Of a stretch of DNA of 64,000 bases, positions 12,023 through 26,458 are shown in pieces. This stretch comes from Vitrella brassicaformis CCMP3155. Lineage: Eukaryota > Protista > Chromerida. The position numbers were made by a program, and so were the translations under genes. The stretch is taken from the NCBI GenBank assembly GCA_001179505.1, contig CDMY01000432.1, forward strand, positions 13,794-77,793. Direction: 5' to 3'. The notes under the pieces were generated by a model that ran no database searches, was not told where the DNA came from, and saw nothing but the letters and a program-made list of their open reading frames with translations. How positions within the stretch are numbered: the first letter of the stretch is position 1; the number at the start of each line of letters is the position of its first letter.

Positions 12023-14315
12023 GAGAGAGAGAGAGGGGGAAGGACCGTCCTGTATGCGTCTTGTGCTTTTGCTTTTGCTTACGGTCGCTTGGAAATCCTG
12101 ACGCATTTGCCCTCGGTGTCCTCGTAGCCAGTGGGGCATTTGGTGCTCATAGGGATCTCCTCGACAGTTGTGCAATAGCCGCCGCCGTTGAGCTCGCCCT
12201 GGTCGCACACTGGTGTGGGCTTGCTGCTGGTGGTCTTGGTGCAGGTGTCCTTGCCCTGGGAGTAGCCCTTGGGACACTTGGCAATCTTGGACACCGTCGT
12301 GACTTTGGTGCAGGTCTGGCCGTCGCCCTCGTACCCCTTTGGGCACCGGTATTGCATCGGGGTCGTCTGACACGCAACACACATGGGTGCAGTGATTGAT
12401 GTATGTGTCGGCCGACACGATGTGGTCTCTCTTTGGCTGACTGGACTGACCTCCTTCTGTGAGCAGGTGGGTTTGCCACTGGTGCCGTCGGGGCATGTGT
12501 ACTGGTAGGGGGCCGTCGTGGTCTTGGTGCACGAGTCCTTGCTCTCGCCCGTGTGGTACCCAGGCGGGCAGCTGTCATGACACACATCCATCCATCCATC
12601 CATCTATCCAGCACTCTCCTCGTGTCGTGCACGTGTGCATTCTGGCGCTCACTGGCTCATGGCTGGCTTGTACGAGCAGGCCGACGTCTTCTTGTCGGAT
12701 GCCTGGCCGCAGAGCTCGCACATTGCGGCTCCGTTGGGGTCGGTGTGAGAGGAGGACGAGTATCCCTTGGGGCAGGAGGTGACCTTGGCGGCGGCCTCAC
12801 TCTTGGAGCACCCAGTGCCCGTGTCGGTGTAGTCGTCGGGGCAGAACTTGGCCGCGGTGATCGTCGTATACGAGGTGCACTCGCCGCCCTTGCCCTGATT
12901 GATGCACACACACACACCGAGTGTGGGGGTGGGTGGGGGGGCAAGGGGGTAGTGACCTTGCTTCCACTGGTGCAGTAGCCGATCCCGGAGACAGAAGACG
13001 TGCGTGTGCACGCCTCGCCCGCGTCGTCGTAGCCCTGTGCACACACACACACGACGGATGGTGTGGTATGTCATTTCATTTGTTTCATTTGTTTCATGTG
13101 TTATGTCATTTGTTTCATCCGTTTATTTTTGCGCGTACGGTCGGGCAGTAGTACTCCATCGGCACCGCGGTCGTCTCGTAGCAGTACCCCTTCTTGCCCG
13201 AGGGCGAGGAGCTGTCGGGGCAAACGTACTTCGGGCGCGTCACGGTCTTCTTCTCGCACTTGTCGCCCACCTTGGTGTAGCCCTGACACCAACCATCACA
13301 CGCCACACGCACAACACACGCATGATGGCCAGCACTCACAAACCAGACACCCACCCAGGCTCGCTTACGGGCTGGCAATACATGATGTAGTCCCTGGTTT
13401 CGGCCTTTTGGCATTCGGTGCCGGTGTCGGTGTGGTCGTCGGGACAGTAGTTCTCCTTGGGCACGGAGGTCTCCTTGTAGCACTTGGTGCCCTGCACCGT
13501 GTAGTCGTCGGGACATTCATAGGTGGCGTCGAACGTGCTCCTCTCCTTGCACTCGCCGCCCTCGAGCGTGCCCTTTGTGCAGTAGGTGATCTTGTTCACT
13601 GTGGTCGTCTTGGAACACTGGGTGCCTGGATGGGATGACACACGCACAGGGGGACACATGGCATGGGTGACTGCGGTCATCCCTCCCTCATTGGTGGCCA
13701 CTGTGGTGTGCTAAAGTACCTACCATCGTCTTCGTATCCCTTGGTGCAGTATGTTTCTGGGGCTGCGGCGGTCTCCTGTCTGCAGGTGCCCTTGTGCATG
13801 TCATACCCGCCGGGGCAGACGAGCTCGTATGGCTTGGTGTCCGTGGTGGTGCACGTCATGCCGTTCTTGCCGCCGCCTGATGTTGTCGTGCCCTTCGGAC
13901 ACTGGGGCTGATTGAGACAGAAAAGAGATAGAGACACACACGAGTCGTGGGTGGGGGGTGGATGGCTCTCTGTGTGTGGCGTGGCGTGCAAGGTCACCTT
14001 CGCAGGGTAGCTGGTGGTCTTGCTGCAGGTGGCGCCCTTGCCTTCCTCTGATGGGCCCTCATACCCCTTGGGGCACGTGTAGCTGCATCACACAACAGAC
14101 ACAACACACAAAGGCGCACAAAGCACGGAGATTCATCGATGGATCCCGACACCACCAGGCAGATCTATCACCCCACCGAACCTGTAGGTGGTCACGGGCA
14201 CTTGCTTAGAATGCACAGGGGGAGTGTAGCCCTTCTTCCCATGGCCGCTGTGGTGGTGCTGGGCGTGAGCCACAGCCAACAACAGGCAGCAAACAGCAGA
14301 TGCGACGACACGCAT
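11208..14315 (-). CDS. Secreted cysteine-repeat protein, oocyst wall protein (COWP/OWP)-like
   Basis: Signal peptide MRVVASAVCCLLLAVAHA. Many CPxGY...C repeats (CPKGY, CPDGY, CPPGY, CPTGY, CPDDY) over about 11 exons, with His-rich segments. Ends KKGSY-TAA at 11208. Confidence 0.8.
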
Positions 14316-15418
14316 TATGCCTTTGGCAGGGAGAAAGGGAGAGGCGCTGTGGCAAAAAGATCTGAGGGCAGGCGAGGGAGGCCGATAGAGCACAGAGGGG
14401 GAGGCGGTGGATACACCGACAACCACCAGCGTTTCCGGACGGATCTTTGAGTTTGTGTACTGGAGACGCACCTGTGGCCAAAGTCGATCGGGACTCTTCC
14501 CCGCAGCTTTTCCTCCTGCTGAAGGCCACGCAGTGCTGTCCTTGGGTCGATGGTGGCAGATCGTGGTGAATGCAGGTGCAATCCTTGGCTCCCCCTTCCA
14601 GCAGTAAACTTGTGAGGCTCTTCCGCACAGCCAGCGTATGTACATTTCAATCAAGGGACGAAGCGCACGCACGAGTGGTCCTGGCAGGTTGGGGAGCAAA
14701 AATCCGTATGAGTGGAGTGAGTGCATTGGCAGGCAGGGTGAGATGCGTGGACAGACAGTCAAGCAGCGATCCATGCTGTGTGGGGCTTCTTGCGTGTCAG
14801 TCAGCGTGCCTGTCTGTCTGCCATGCCGTGCGACCCTCCTCCATACAAAACCAGGGGATGCCGTGCCACTCGATCGACTCAACGCCGAGCGGATAAGCGT
14901 TCCCTCATGCTGACGGAGGAAGATCACACGCTGACAGACAGACTTCCGTACGACACACACATGAGAACAGGACGGGCGCCCCTTCCCTTGACTTCATCGC
15001 AGGCAAAACACCCTCAGGCAGAGAGACGGGGGCAGCATGGAGAGCCAGGCAGACACAGACAGATAGAGAGCTTAGCTTCCACCAAAAGGCTGATAGATAG
15101 AGTGATTGATGGCTAACAAATAGGGCGGACATACAGGTGGCGCCACAGACAGCACACGACACACGGCACATACACTCCACTGGCCTGAATGAGCATATGC
15201 GTGAATAGTATATGACTCATTCGCTGACTCCCTCATCACTGTGTATGTTGATGTACACACACTGCTGATATTTCTCGGGAAGACACATGCTCACCTGGCT
15301 TGCTGGCTGGCTGGAAAAAACCGTTCTCGGCAGGACAGGCAGGCAGGCAGGCAAAACAACAAACTCTTATCCATCCATCCATGCGCCAAATCCGGCAAGA
15401 GGCCGCTGTCCGGTGCTG

Positions 15419-17381
15419 TCATGACCACCTGGGTATGTTTTGGCTGCCCCCGTCCCCCATGCTGCCGCTGCCCTTGGGGATCTCCGAGCTGTCGCCGCCG
15501 CCCTCCTCCTCCTTGAGGGCATTCATGATGGCCGCCTTGGCTAACCGATACGCACGCGCACGATCCAACAGACGATAAATGTACCTGATGAGAGGAAAAC
15601 AAAGGCACGTATGTATGCATTCACTGGTCATTCATCTATCGGACTGTGGGTGTTAGCTCATGGCTACCGGAGTCGTTCGGCTGTGTCAGTGGTCTGCAAG
15701 AGATACTGCTTGTGCCGAACACTGCACACACAGAGATCACACGAACACGGCAAAGAGGGGAGGGATGGATGCCGGTCTTGCTGCCATGGCCATGCGGTGA
15801 GTGCAGTGCAAAGTTCTGACCTGAGTCCGGTGAGCAGCTCGCTAAGATCGAATGATGTGCGCACCAGATGCTCCCACGTTCGCGGCTGGGGCAGCTGCTT
15901 CCGACGCTCCTCAGGACTGACCAAATCAACACATCACACATACATGTGCGACAGGGGCGTGGGGTGAGAGCAAAGAGATCATGTAAGTGTGCGCGTTACC
16001 GTAAGTTTTGAGTGTGGTTGAGGTTGAATGTGTCTGTGTCGATGTTGATGATGGACGACACGATGTCCCACACGTCATCCTCCAACGACACCAAGGCTGC
16101 ACAACGACCAACACACGGACAACGTGCGTGTGTGTCATGCCTGGCTCGTCTTGCTGGCGTTACTGTGAGTGTCGTTGGTTGGGTTGTCCTCGATCGGCTC
16201 CACCAGACCGCTGCACCAGGACAGATGCCGACACATCGAATGCACGAATGCAGGTGTGGTGTGGGTGTTCTGTGCACATGATGTGTGTACCTCATGTAGT
16301 CTTTGGAGTATCGGTCGCTGTCCCTCATAATTTTGAGCAGCTTAAACCTCTGAATACCCTGACCGCGGATATGATACAAACTGACCACACGCACAAAGCA
16401 CACAACACACATACATAAATGACATGGACAGATTCACTTCTTGCCTACCTTCCATCGGGCCTGAGTAGGTTAAAGTCCTCCACCCTGATGATGGTGCCTA
16501 TCCTGCTGTACCGCTGCGCCCTCGGCTCCTGCCCTGCCTGCCCCGGCGCCACCTTCTCAGGCAGCAGCATCCCAAAACAAAAGTCACCCGGCTTCTGCAA
16601 AGCCTCCTCGTCTTCGTTCTCGCCAGTGCTGCTGTCGAAGGACGAGCCGCCCTCACTGCTGAACTGCTTGGCGCGAGCTGATACAGGGAGGCAGGGAGGG
16701 AGGGAGGGAGGCATAGGAAGACACTTGTGGACATGGTTGATTGCGTGGCCTTTCCGTCGTTTCTTGCGTACGTTGTCTGGTGATGTCTTTGAGCAGCTTG
16801 ATGTACCTCGGCTCGAACAAAAGGAGAGTCTGATTTTGGTACGGAAAGACGATCGTCTCGAGAGGGAAGAGCGGCAGTTCGCGGGCCTTGCCAGTCGAGA
16901 AGACGTCAAAAGACAGCGTGGGGGGGTTCTCGGGGTCATACCACTCAATCTGCACAACAACCACACACCACCCGACACGGACACACGTAACCCTACCGCC
17001 ATGCCACCTCCCTCCCTCGCCTTGGCTGACCTGAGGATTCTCCAGCTGGTCAGCCAGGCTCTCTTCTTTAGCAGGGCCTGCCTTGGCTCCCGCGGCGCCC
17101 GCATCACCCTTGCCGTCTTGCCTGCCCTCGCCAGATGCCTCGCCGCTCGGCTGCGCATCTTCATTGCCAGACCCTTGATCTGACTCCGACTCATTCTCCA
17201 ATCCGCCGGCGGCGCTGAGCACCAGCCTGCTGGGGCGTAGCCTCAGCCGATGCCGCGCACCCCTCCGGCTGCTGCCCAGATCCCTCAGCGTTGCGCCTGG
17301 CACAAAAAGTGTTTGACGGTGGGAAAAAGAGCCGCAGAACTCGAGCAGTTGAAACAGGGATAGAACGGCGAGAGGCCACAT
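15419..17381 (-). CDS. LON peptidase N-terminal (substrate-binding) domain protein, probably plastid-targeted
   Basis: ELPLFPLETIVFPYQNQTLLLFEPRYIKLLKD, RIGTIIRVED and IRGQGIQRFKLLKI are LON-N hallmarks. N-terminus MWPLAVLSLFQLLEFCGSFSHR is a signal peptide followed by an Arg/Ser-rich transit-like region. Confidence 0.8.
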
Positions 17382-17584
17382 GCCCTCTGTTGCCGAACGC
17401 ATCACTTCCTCTTCTCCCTTTAAGCTCGCAAATTCGCAAATTCCGTGAAACCGCAGGCTCTTCCGCTCAGCTGTGGCAGCCTTGCTTCAGATCTCGCATC
17501 CGGAGTGAATGAAGATGGCAACAGGCTGAGTGCCACTCAATCGCACGATGAACCGATGACGTAATTGGTGAGGGGCCGGCAGCC

Positions 17585-20500
17585 ATGAATTGGATGGGTC
17601 AAGCGCAACAGAGGGTCAAGCGGGTCAAGCGCAAGGCCGCTGAGGCCACTCAGAAGTCGTACTTCCTGGTCAGCAGACAAAAACTATGGGTGAATGTGGA
17701 GAAAACCGGTCAGTGACTCATTCAGCTGTCTGTATGTGTGTTTGTGTGGTGCAGAAGAGAGCCAGGCTGCAGGCCGAGGAAGACGGCAATCAGAGTGATC
17801 CGACCTACCAGCAGATTTCCATGCAGTTGCTCCGGCCGCGCAAGAGCAAAGAGTCAATCGTCGACAAATACAAGTCATGATGATGAGGGCCAAACAGACG
17901 GGGATGCATCGGCATTCTGTTGGTCTTTGTGTTGCCTGTGTGTGTGTATACAGGAAGGAGGATGAGGAGCGTGAGTTGCATCGCAAGCGGAACCGCAAGC
18001 CCGATGAGCAGCTGAAGCCCGATGCGTCATCCAAGCCCAAGCCCGACCTGCCCATGAGCCTCGCTCCTCCATCCCGGTGAGAGTTCGACGGCCTTCGTCT
18101 GATTCATTCACTCACTCTCTTCTTGCGTGCGTGGTCTGGTGTGGTTTGTTTTGGTTTGGTGTTTGTCAGTCGTTCCATCGGCCAGCCATCGTATCGTGCG
18201 TCGGTGGATGACCAGGAAGCAGGGGCGGCAGGAGGGGACGTCATCAGCGCGCCAAAGATTCCCATGTATCGCAGCAGACGCAACTCCCACCCGTGAGCTT
18301 GTCATATGATGGGGCAGACATGTGTGTGTGTACATTGGCTGCCTGTGAGGTGGATGTGTCAGGGAGAGGGAGGAGCAGCCGTTCCAGGCGTTCCTCAAGC
18401 CCTCTGCGCCCTCCCTGCCAGCACCCATCGACACCAACCAATCGCACCAACTCAACCGCCCTCCAGCCGCCGCTGCCTCCTCCATGCGTCCGTTCGATAA
18501 TGCCCCTGGCCTGCTGCCGCCTTCGACCATCTTCCGACAGGCGGAAGGTGCCACGGTTGGTGGTGGCGGACTCCGAGCGCTCAGTGACAACACGTCGGAG
18601 TCAGGCTTCCTTCTGAGGCCATTACCACGCGAGCGTGTTGAGGAGAGCGATGTGTGGGTGAGGGGTGCGGTGGAGTGGCCATCTGAGCGGAGGGTTGCGG
18701 GGGACTGGCGGGATGGGGAAATGCCGCTGATGTCGTCTCGGTGAGGGACTTTGTTACGCATGTGTGTTGACGATGGATCGTGGGTGCTTTTGTGTGTGTG
18801 TAGGCTGAAGGCTGGTTCAGACCCGCCCTGGCCCTCGATGGCTCCTGCCTCTCACCCGCCACTCTCATCACTCTCATCCATGCGTATTGGGCCGTCACAT
18901 GACGACAGATACATGCTCACCGACTCATCCTTCCAACAGCACCACAATCGCAATGACATCGGTTAGCTAATTAAGAAGGTCGTTTCATCTCCTCGAAACG
19001 TGTCTGTGTGTTCTGTGGTGGCCTCAGGCTCGACTTTCTCTCTGCGTCCTCTTGCTCACGCACCACCCTCCGTGCAAGGCCAGTTCGAGCTCATGCCTCC
19101 CGCCGCCCCAGTGGACCATCCTCGACGTGACAACGCACCATTCTTCCTGCAGCGCCACCCACCCGCCCCACAGCACACTCACACGACGCTGACCGCCTCA
19201 GACGGATGGATGCAGCCATCCTCATCGCTCTCGGCTATGGGAGGACCGCTGGAGGGGTATGCGGCTGCAGTTGTGAGGGACCCGCAGGCATCTCGTCAGG
19301 GGGGTGATGGTGGATGGCGGCGTCCGGCGTCGATCGGTGGTCCGTTTGCTGGCGAGCAAGTGGGTGACGGGTGGGATCCGATGTCGCAGCTGCAAGAGCG
19401 GCGCGCATCGGGGCTGATGGGCGGCCGGCCGCATGCCACCATGCAGCAGCCGTTTCAGCCATTCCCTGCAGACACCAGAGTGATTCATGACCAGGTGATA
19501 AGAGCAGGAGAGGCAGCCACCAGTGTCCCTGACCCCATATGAATTGGTTTTGCAGCCCTCACTGACCGACTGTCGAGATGACGAGCCCGACTTCGCCCAC
19601 CCATCATCCGTCTTCGCACGCCCCGACCGCCCCTTCGCCAAGCCACCCACCCCTCCCCTGTCACGCCACAAAGACACCAACATGCTGCAGCTCGCCAAAG
19701 CCGCAGCACTCAAGTGCGGGAAAAGGGATGGTCGGATCAGACGGTTCATTTCCTGTATGTCTGTGTGTATGTGTGTGTGTGTGTGTGCGTGTGTATGTAT
19801 GTGTTTGCATCAGGAATGCACTCTCACTTCCTGGTGCGGATGGCGGCGTGCCCTTCACCCTCCAGCAGCCGCCGCCCATCAGTGTGGGGGCAAACGACCA
19901 TGAGCCGCAGCAAGAGCAGACCACCATGAACGTGAATGGGGCGACCGCCATGTGCATGAAGGAGAGCGATCAGTGGCCAACGGGGGCGTGTGGGAACGGA
20001 GATGGCGAGGGGGTCGGCTGTGGCGAAGCATCGCATGCACAAGTTGACAAGTGAGTGACTGTGCAGGAACAAGTGTAGCCACCCACCCATCCATCCATTC
20101 ATCCATCCATCCATTGACGGTACTTGTGCGTGTGTGTGCAGTGGTGTGTGTGCGGAGGAGTGTGCCGATGAGGAGAGCTGTGTGGAAGAGGCCTGCGGAG
20201 ATCCCAGTGCGGGCGCTCGCCGACTCAATTTCCCTGCTGTGCTTGAGGTACTGAACGAGACACACAATGACCCTTTTGGCCAGACTATAGGTGTATGTAT
20301 GCGCTGTTACCTCTCACTCAGTTGAGTCCCGATTCGTCCTCTCCGCTGCCGCCTTTTTGCAAGCAGGAGAGGTCACAACAGGCCGACAGCGTGCGACAGC
20401 CAGACAGGTACACAGATGGAGAACGGCCTTCCCATATCTCTCTCTCCATTTGTTCTCTGTGACCATTTGCAGCCGGCCCGCCCTGACTACGATCAATGGC

Positions 20501-20983
20501 TTTCCGGCTTTGTCCCTCTTCAGTCTTTCCGCTGCAGATCGAGAAAAGCCACTTCTGCAGATCCTACAGACCATCCCTGTGTCTCGCGAGGCGCGTGAGG
20601 AGCAGGACCTCAAGACACCTGCAGAGAAGCAGCGAGAGCCCCCAGCCTTCGCCACACTCATGCAAGCACAGACGCCACGACCGTTCCTCGCACTCATGGA
20701 CAACCAGGGGCATCAGGCGGCGGCGGCGGCGGCGGCGGCGGCGTCAAATTGTGAGCCTCAGGGCCACAGCAGCACTCCCCATCCACAGCAAGAAGCCATC
20801 TGCGACACAGACAGGTGCGAACACGAGACGGAAAGAGACGTGTGTGACGGGGGAGGGCGCCGCTTTATGTGGGATGTTGTGTGTGTGGTGTGTGCGCTAG
20901 CTCTGCAGCCCGCTCTCTGTCCAGTCGAGCAGCGGATGATGACATGGACAAGCAACAGAAGGAACACATGCAACACCAGGTGA
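17585..20983 (+). CDS. Large low-complexity protein with MNWxG...QKxYF N-terminal motif (REDIC1/C12orf40-like); 3' end uncertain
   Basis: First exon MNWMGQAQQRVKRVKRKAAEATQKSYFLVSRQKLW, followed by a chain of spliced Pro/Ser/Gln-rich exons. Confidence 0.55.
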
Positions 20984-21520
20984 GAGGATTGAACGGGACG
21001 CATCCACTCGTGTCTCTCTCCTTCTCCGTGTGTGTGTGTTGGTTGGTTGTCAGTGTTATGAGTTCTCTCTCCCCCTCCCTTTGACTCGAGTCGAGTGGAA
21101 GGTGCCGTCTTTGATGTTGGCCCAGTCAGTCCCCCTCATGTTTGCGCGTGACGCACACATACACAACACACACAGCACGGACATGTTCCAGCACCAGCAG
21201 CAGCAGTCTCTGTGTACCGTACTACCGTGTCACCTCATGTATCGACTCATCGCAAACACGTGACGGCATGGAAGGACAGACAGACGGACACATGGACGTG
21301 GGTACGTGTCTTCATGTAGCAGACGGTCAGACAGACAGCAATACAATACATGAATGCATGGATCGGATGGCTGACTGCAAGTGGCACACTGTGAGCAAAA
21401 CACCGATTTCGTGGTGGACGTCCTACGCACAGCCCAGTCTCCTCCCTCCCACCCTCCTTCCCCTCCCCCGCCGAAACACAAAAACCCGTGTGCATCGGGT
21501 GTGTAAAAAGAGCGCGACCC

Positions 21521-24500
21521 CTATCTCTTGTCGGTCTTGAAATTGCTGGAACGACAACAGACAGATAACAGAAAATGGGCGTCCATTTCTGCTTTCTGAC
21601 TGCACTCACCTCATCCATGAGTCCCATTCGTTGTACATGTCTTCCATGTTGCCAAATATTCTCTGAATCTCCTGAGCGTGGTTCTGGATCCGACGGATCT
21701 CCTGCACGACCAAGATACACCAAGACATAGAGACACGCGATATATAAATATGGACCACATGGTTCACGCATCTGCGCACTGACCTGCAGGTTCTGGTCGT
21801 TCATTTCCTTGATTTTGTTGGCCATCTCGGGTTTCTTCTTTGGCTTGGCCTTTGCCTCCCCCTCAGCGGCGCCCTCTTCCAGCCCCTCATCGAGGCCGTC
21901 CATCTCATCCTCTTCGCCCGCCGTCCCCTCGATCATCGCCCGCATCTTGGCGATCGGCGACTCATCGCCCTCCAACGCCAATCGCAGACTTTGAACCTGA
22001 TAAGTGAGTGGGAGAGACACAGACAGACAGACAGACAGACAGACAGATGGGTGAGGGAGGGATGAATGGAGGGATGGATGGTTTGTGACCTCTTCCTCCC
22101 TCTCTTGCAGCTCCAGTTTGCATTTCTCGAGCTGTGATTTGAGTTTCTCTGTGTCGAGAAGCTTGGCCACGTCGGTGGGTGACGCCTCCAACCAGGGATC
22201 CGTCTCAGGGACCAGATGAACAGTACCTGCACGAACAAACCAACGGATGAGCACGAGACACATACGGATGTGTGTGTCTCTGCCGTTTTCCCACCCCCCA
22301 ACCTACCCACCTGATTCGAGGTACTGCTGGAACACGTCTCGCATGAGCTCGAGGCGCTCCAGGAACTTGTCCAACTCCCATGCGTACAGGACGTCCGCGT
22401 GCCTACGTCGCCATACACGCAGAGCCATGGCATCTGATCAATCTCTTTCTGTGTGTGGCGCAGTGACCTGTGGTCAGGTTTCCATGTGTGTTTGGCCTTC
22501 TTGAAGACCTCCATGAGCCCCGGTTTCCTCAGTTGACGGACAATCATTTGGAACTTCTGCTTGGCCGACTTGTCGCGCCACAGACGGACGATGAACTCAG
22601 GCTCGTCGGACTCATACGTGTACACGTCAGATATCACCTCGAGGGAGAACCTGATGGAAGCGGTCTGATGAGCAAAGTGCCTCGTGTGTGTGGGGAAGTG
22701 GGAGTGCACCTGAGTCTGTCCTTTGGTCTGATTTCCTTGGTGATGTCGTTGGCCTCGTCGACCAGCTTCTGGGCCTTGCTGAACGAATGCAGGAACGCCT
22801 GAGCCTTGTACTCGCCTATGCGGCCCTGCAAACAATACACACACATGGATGTATAATACGGTCGGCCGGAAGTCAGTATGCAGTGGGTACCCTGAGCTCT
22901 TCGATGTATGCCTTGGCCTGCACGAACGACTGGCTCTCCTCATCCACCACCTCACCCAACACCTGACACACGGATGGATGGATGGATTGACGGATGGACT
23001 TTGTGGTCTGAGTGCCAGCTGCGTTGCGGTGCATACCTTATCAAGGTCCCAGGACTCGTTTTCGTCAAGTGTCTGCTGCTTTGTCATACCAACGGACTTC
23101 ATCGTCTGAAGCCACAAGGGAAGCCCGCAGACACGGCAGTGTCTCTATATATCTTCAGTGTCATTCATGCCTCCGCTGCGCACCTCCAGTTCCTTGGGAA
23201 CGACGAGACGAAATGCAAAGGCACGTCCGATGACGAGCCGGTCATGGTGGTGGAGTGTGCTACCCTTGGTGTCCACCCGACGGCCGTTGACCAGCACACG
23301 GTTCTCAGAACCGTCAGACGGCACTATGCGGGATCGGGATCATGCAACGATGCATGTCTCTGTCCTGTGTGAATGTAGGCATGTAGGTGTGCGTGCGGCC
23401 TACCAGTAATGACAAGGTGCGAGTTGTCGACATTGGTGATGGTGCACATTCGGGAATGGACGGCGAGACCCTTCAAAGTGATGGTGCACTCCTGATAGAC
23501 GTGAATGACCAGTGACAATGAGACACCGACATGCGGATCGACTGGCCGGCTCTCACCTCTTCGCTTCCAATGGTGGTGTCCTCGCCGTTCTTGAGGAAAT
23601 ACATCAGGCACCCTGGTAATGGAGACACGAACAGATATGTCAGGAAGACGTGACGGCTCGCGGCAGCTGTCTGCTGGCCGGCAGGCAGACAGGCAGGCGC
23701 ACCGGAGAGCATGGGGTCATCAGAGATGTTGAGGAGGTAGGGGCACTCCTTCTCCACATCAAACACACTACCGATATCTGCAGAGTGGAGTCCCATTTGT
23801 CGCATGGCTTCTTCACGGATGCGGTTCATCTCCTGGGTCTTGCGCATCTGAGGCACCACCACACAAACACAACGGACGTCGTGCTCACTCGCTGCCCGTC
23901 TCTGCATTGATACCATTTCTTCCCATGAGGTCTTGTAGTGGTTCACCAGGTCCTCTCTGACACACACACACACACACACACGCGCACACATCAGAACACA
24001 GACAGAAGGTCAGGCGCCTCGCCAACCTTTCCGCCAGCTGTCTCTTGATTTCATCCGAGGCTATGCCGCCACCAGCACCAGACATGAGCTGCAGCTTCAG
24101 CCTGACAACGGACACACACACGCACACACACATAAAGACACACACACATCCACAAGGTCAGCGCGTGAAGTCGCCCAGCATACATACTTACTTTTCGATC
24201 TCTTTTTGCAGCGAGGCGACGATCTTCTCATCCGACTCCTCGTTCTTCTTGGCGTGTGTCTTGACTTTCTTGCACGTGGCGGCGAACCTGAGAGTGGAGA
24301 GGGTCTCCTCGTAGTTGGACTTGGCCGGCGACAGCGCAGCTATCATCACCGTCTTGGAGTTGCCGCTCAACGAGTCGCTGACACACAGGGAAGCAAATGT
24401 GTGTATGTGTGTGTGTGTGTCTCGTTCGGCAAAGCACCTGAGAAGGTATGTCAGCTTGGAGTTACGGAAAGGCACGTGAGCGCCCTTCTTCCCTGACACA

Positions 24501-26163
24501 CAGCACATACGTGCAACGCCATATGCATGTCTATGTAGCCAAACGCATTGGTGCCGACTGGATGACCTCCTGCTTTCTCTGCGAGTCCCGAAATGACAGT
24601 TCCCAGGTTGGACAGCGACTGGTTGATGGCGGCACCCTCCTTCAGACGGTCACCCTCAGCGCCTGCACACACACACAGGCACGCAGGCACGCAGGCAGAC
24701 AAATGGTGTCTTGACCACACAGATACACATGGATCACTTGACCTGTTTTCTTTTGTCTCTCGCTGCCCGCCAGGTCGACCAGGTTCATCTGCGAGCGGCG
24801 TTGCTTCTTGGAGCCGTCCTCGACCATCGTCTGTCAGTGACAACCGATAAAGATGCCGCACACACCTTCGTCTGTTCCCCAACTGGCACCGCATTAACGT
24901 GTCCTACTGACTTGCAGGAATTTGACAACGAACACGCCGTGGGATCGAGACGAGACGGCGTTCATGTTGGTGGACCCGATGGTGCGGTTCTTGTTGCCGA
25001 AATCGAGCAGCTGCTCCACATCCTGCATTCCATCCATGCGATGCGCACAGACAGATAGACATATGCCAGCCGTGTCAGTCAGTTACGTGGAATGAGACGG
25101 CGGCTGATTCGGTGAGTCCGGGGATGTAGACGCCCAATTGTGGGTGCTGGCGGATCTCCAGCGCCTTGGCCTCCTCCTTGGTCGGCGGCAGCAGCAAATC
25201 TTATCATACATTCATGCATACCAAAAACAGAGAGAAAACAGTTCCATCTTTCTTTCCCTCTTTGCGTAGTTCGTTGTCTTTGCCACCTTTGATGCGCTCG
25301 TTGTAGATTTCCAGAAAGCTGATGAGCACCTGATACTCTGCCTGCAAGCCAATTACACGATCGATCGTCTCGCCCCCCGTGTGTGTATTTGGTCTTTGCC
25401 CACTGTGCCGCTCTTCTTCCCCTCCTCGATGATCTTGAACAGCCCTTCGCACACCTGAAAGCGACACAGAGACCAGAATCCCTTCCTTCCACAAGGTCCG
25501 CATCTCGAGTCGGTTGCTGTTTACTCGTGGCAGCAGTCCCTTGTCTGTCGGCGTCCCGATCACTGAGTGGCTCTTGCCCGAACCCGTTTGCCTTAAGGGA
25601 GCAAGCAGGAAACATCAGTCTGCCTGTCTGCCTGTCTGTCTGTCTGCATATCTGTGTCTCCCTCTCTGTACGTGTCTCTCACCCGTATGCGAAGAGGCAG
25701 CTGTTGAAGCCTTCCATCGAGTTCTTGAGGAGCATCTCGCCCTGGTCCTTGCTGCAACCAGACGTATGAGACACAAAGACACACAATACACCCACAGGTA
25801 TTCCCGGCCTCTTGTCTTGTCGTGTGGATGTGACTGACTAGATGGTTTCCTGTGTGGCGAAGGTGGGGTCTGAGGGATTGTGGCTCCAGTAAGAGAAGTC
25901 GAAATCGAACTTCTTGGGCTCGGCATCGGGCTTGGTCGGGTCAGCGATGAACGTCGTCTGCCCTGCACACACACGCACACACGCACACGATACACACACG
26001 CAGAGAATCAGGGTATGGCCGACTGACTGAATCAGGGCCCTGCGTGTCCTTCTCATTCGTTACCGATCATTTCGATAATGCAGGTGTCCTTGAGCTCCTT
26101 CTCTCTGTTGTTGAAGGGCCTGACCCTCACGGCCACCTTGATGCTGACCCCTTCGTCCGCCAT
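21521..26163 (-). CDS. Kinesin-3 family motor (KIF1/KIF13/KIF16-like) with FHA domain
   Basis: [27 protein letters not shown]-loop, [34 protein letters not shown] and [40 protein letters not shown] precedes an FHA-like region. Stop TAG at 21521-21523. Confidence 0.93.
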
Positions 26164-26458
26164 GGCTTGCTTCTTTACAGACGGGGGGCGTAAGGGGGCC
26201 TCTGCAAGGGGAAAAAGGGGATGGGAGAGTGGAGAAGGGAAAGACGGAGAGGGAAACGCGAGCTAAGCTGTCGTGTAGCTCGCACTTTTCAAACACGTCG
26301 TCTAGCTCCGTCTGGCTCTTCAAGACCTCAGTTTCTCCTTATATATACCGTCACCTCACTCCTTAACTGTTCGTTCTGACTCACCTTCCTTCTCTCGTCT
26401 ATCGCCAAACCGCTTGATTGATGAGGCTGTTTGCCTCCCCCCGACGTGGCACAGACTG

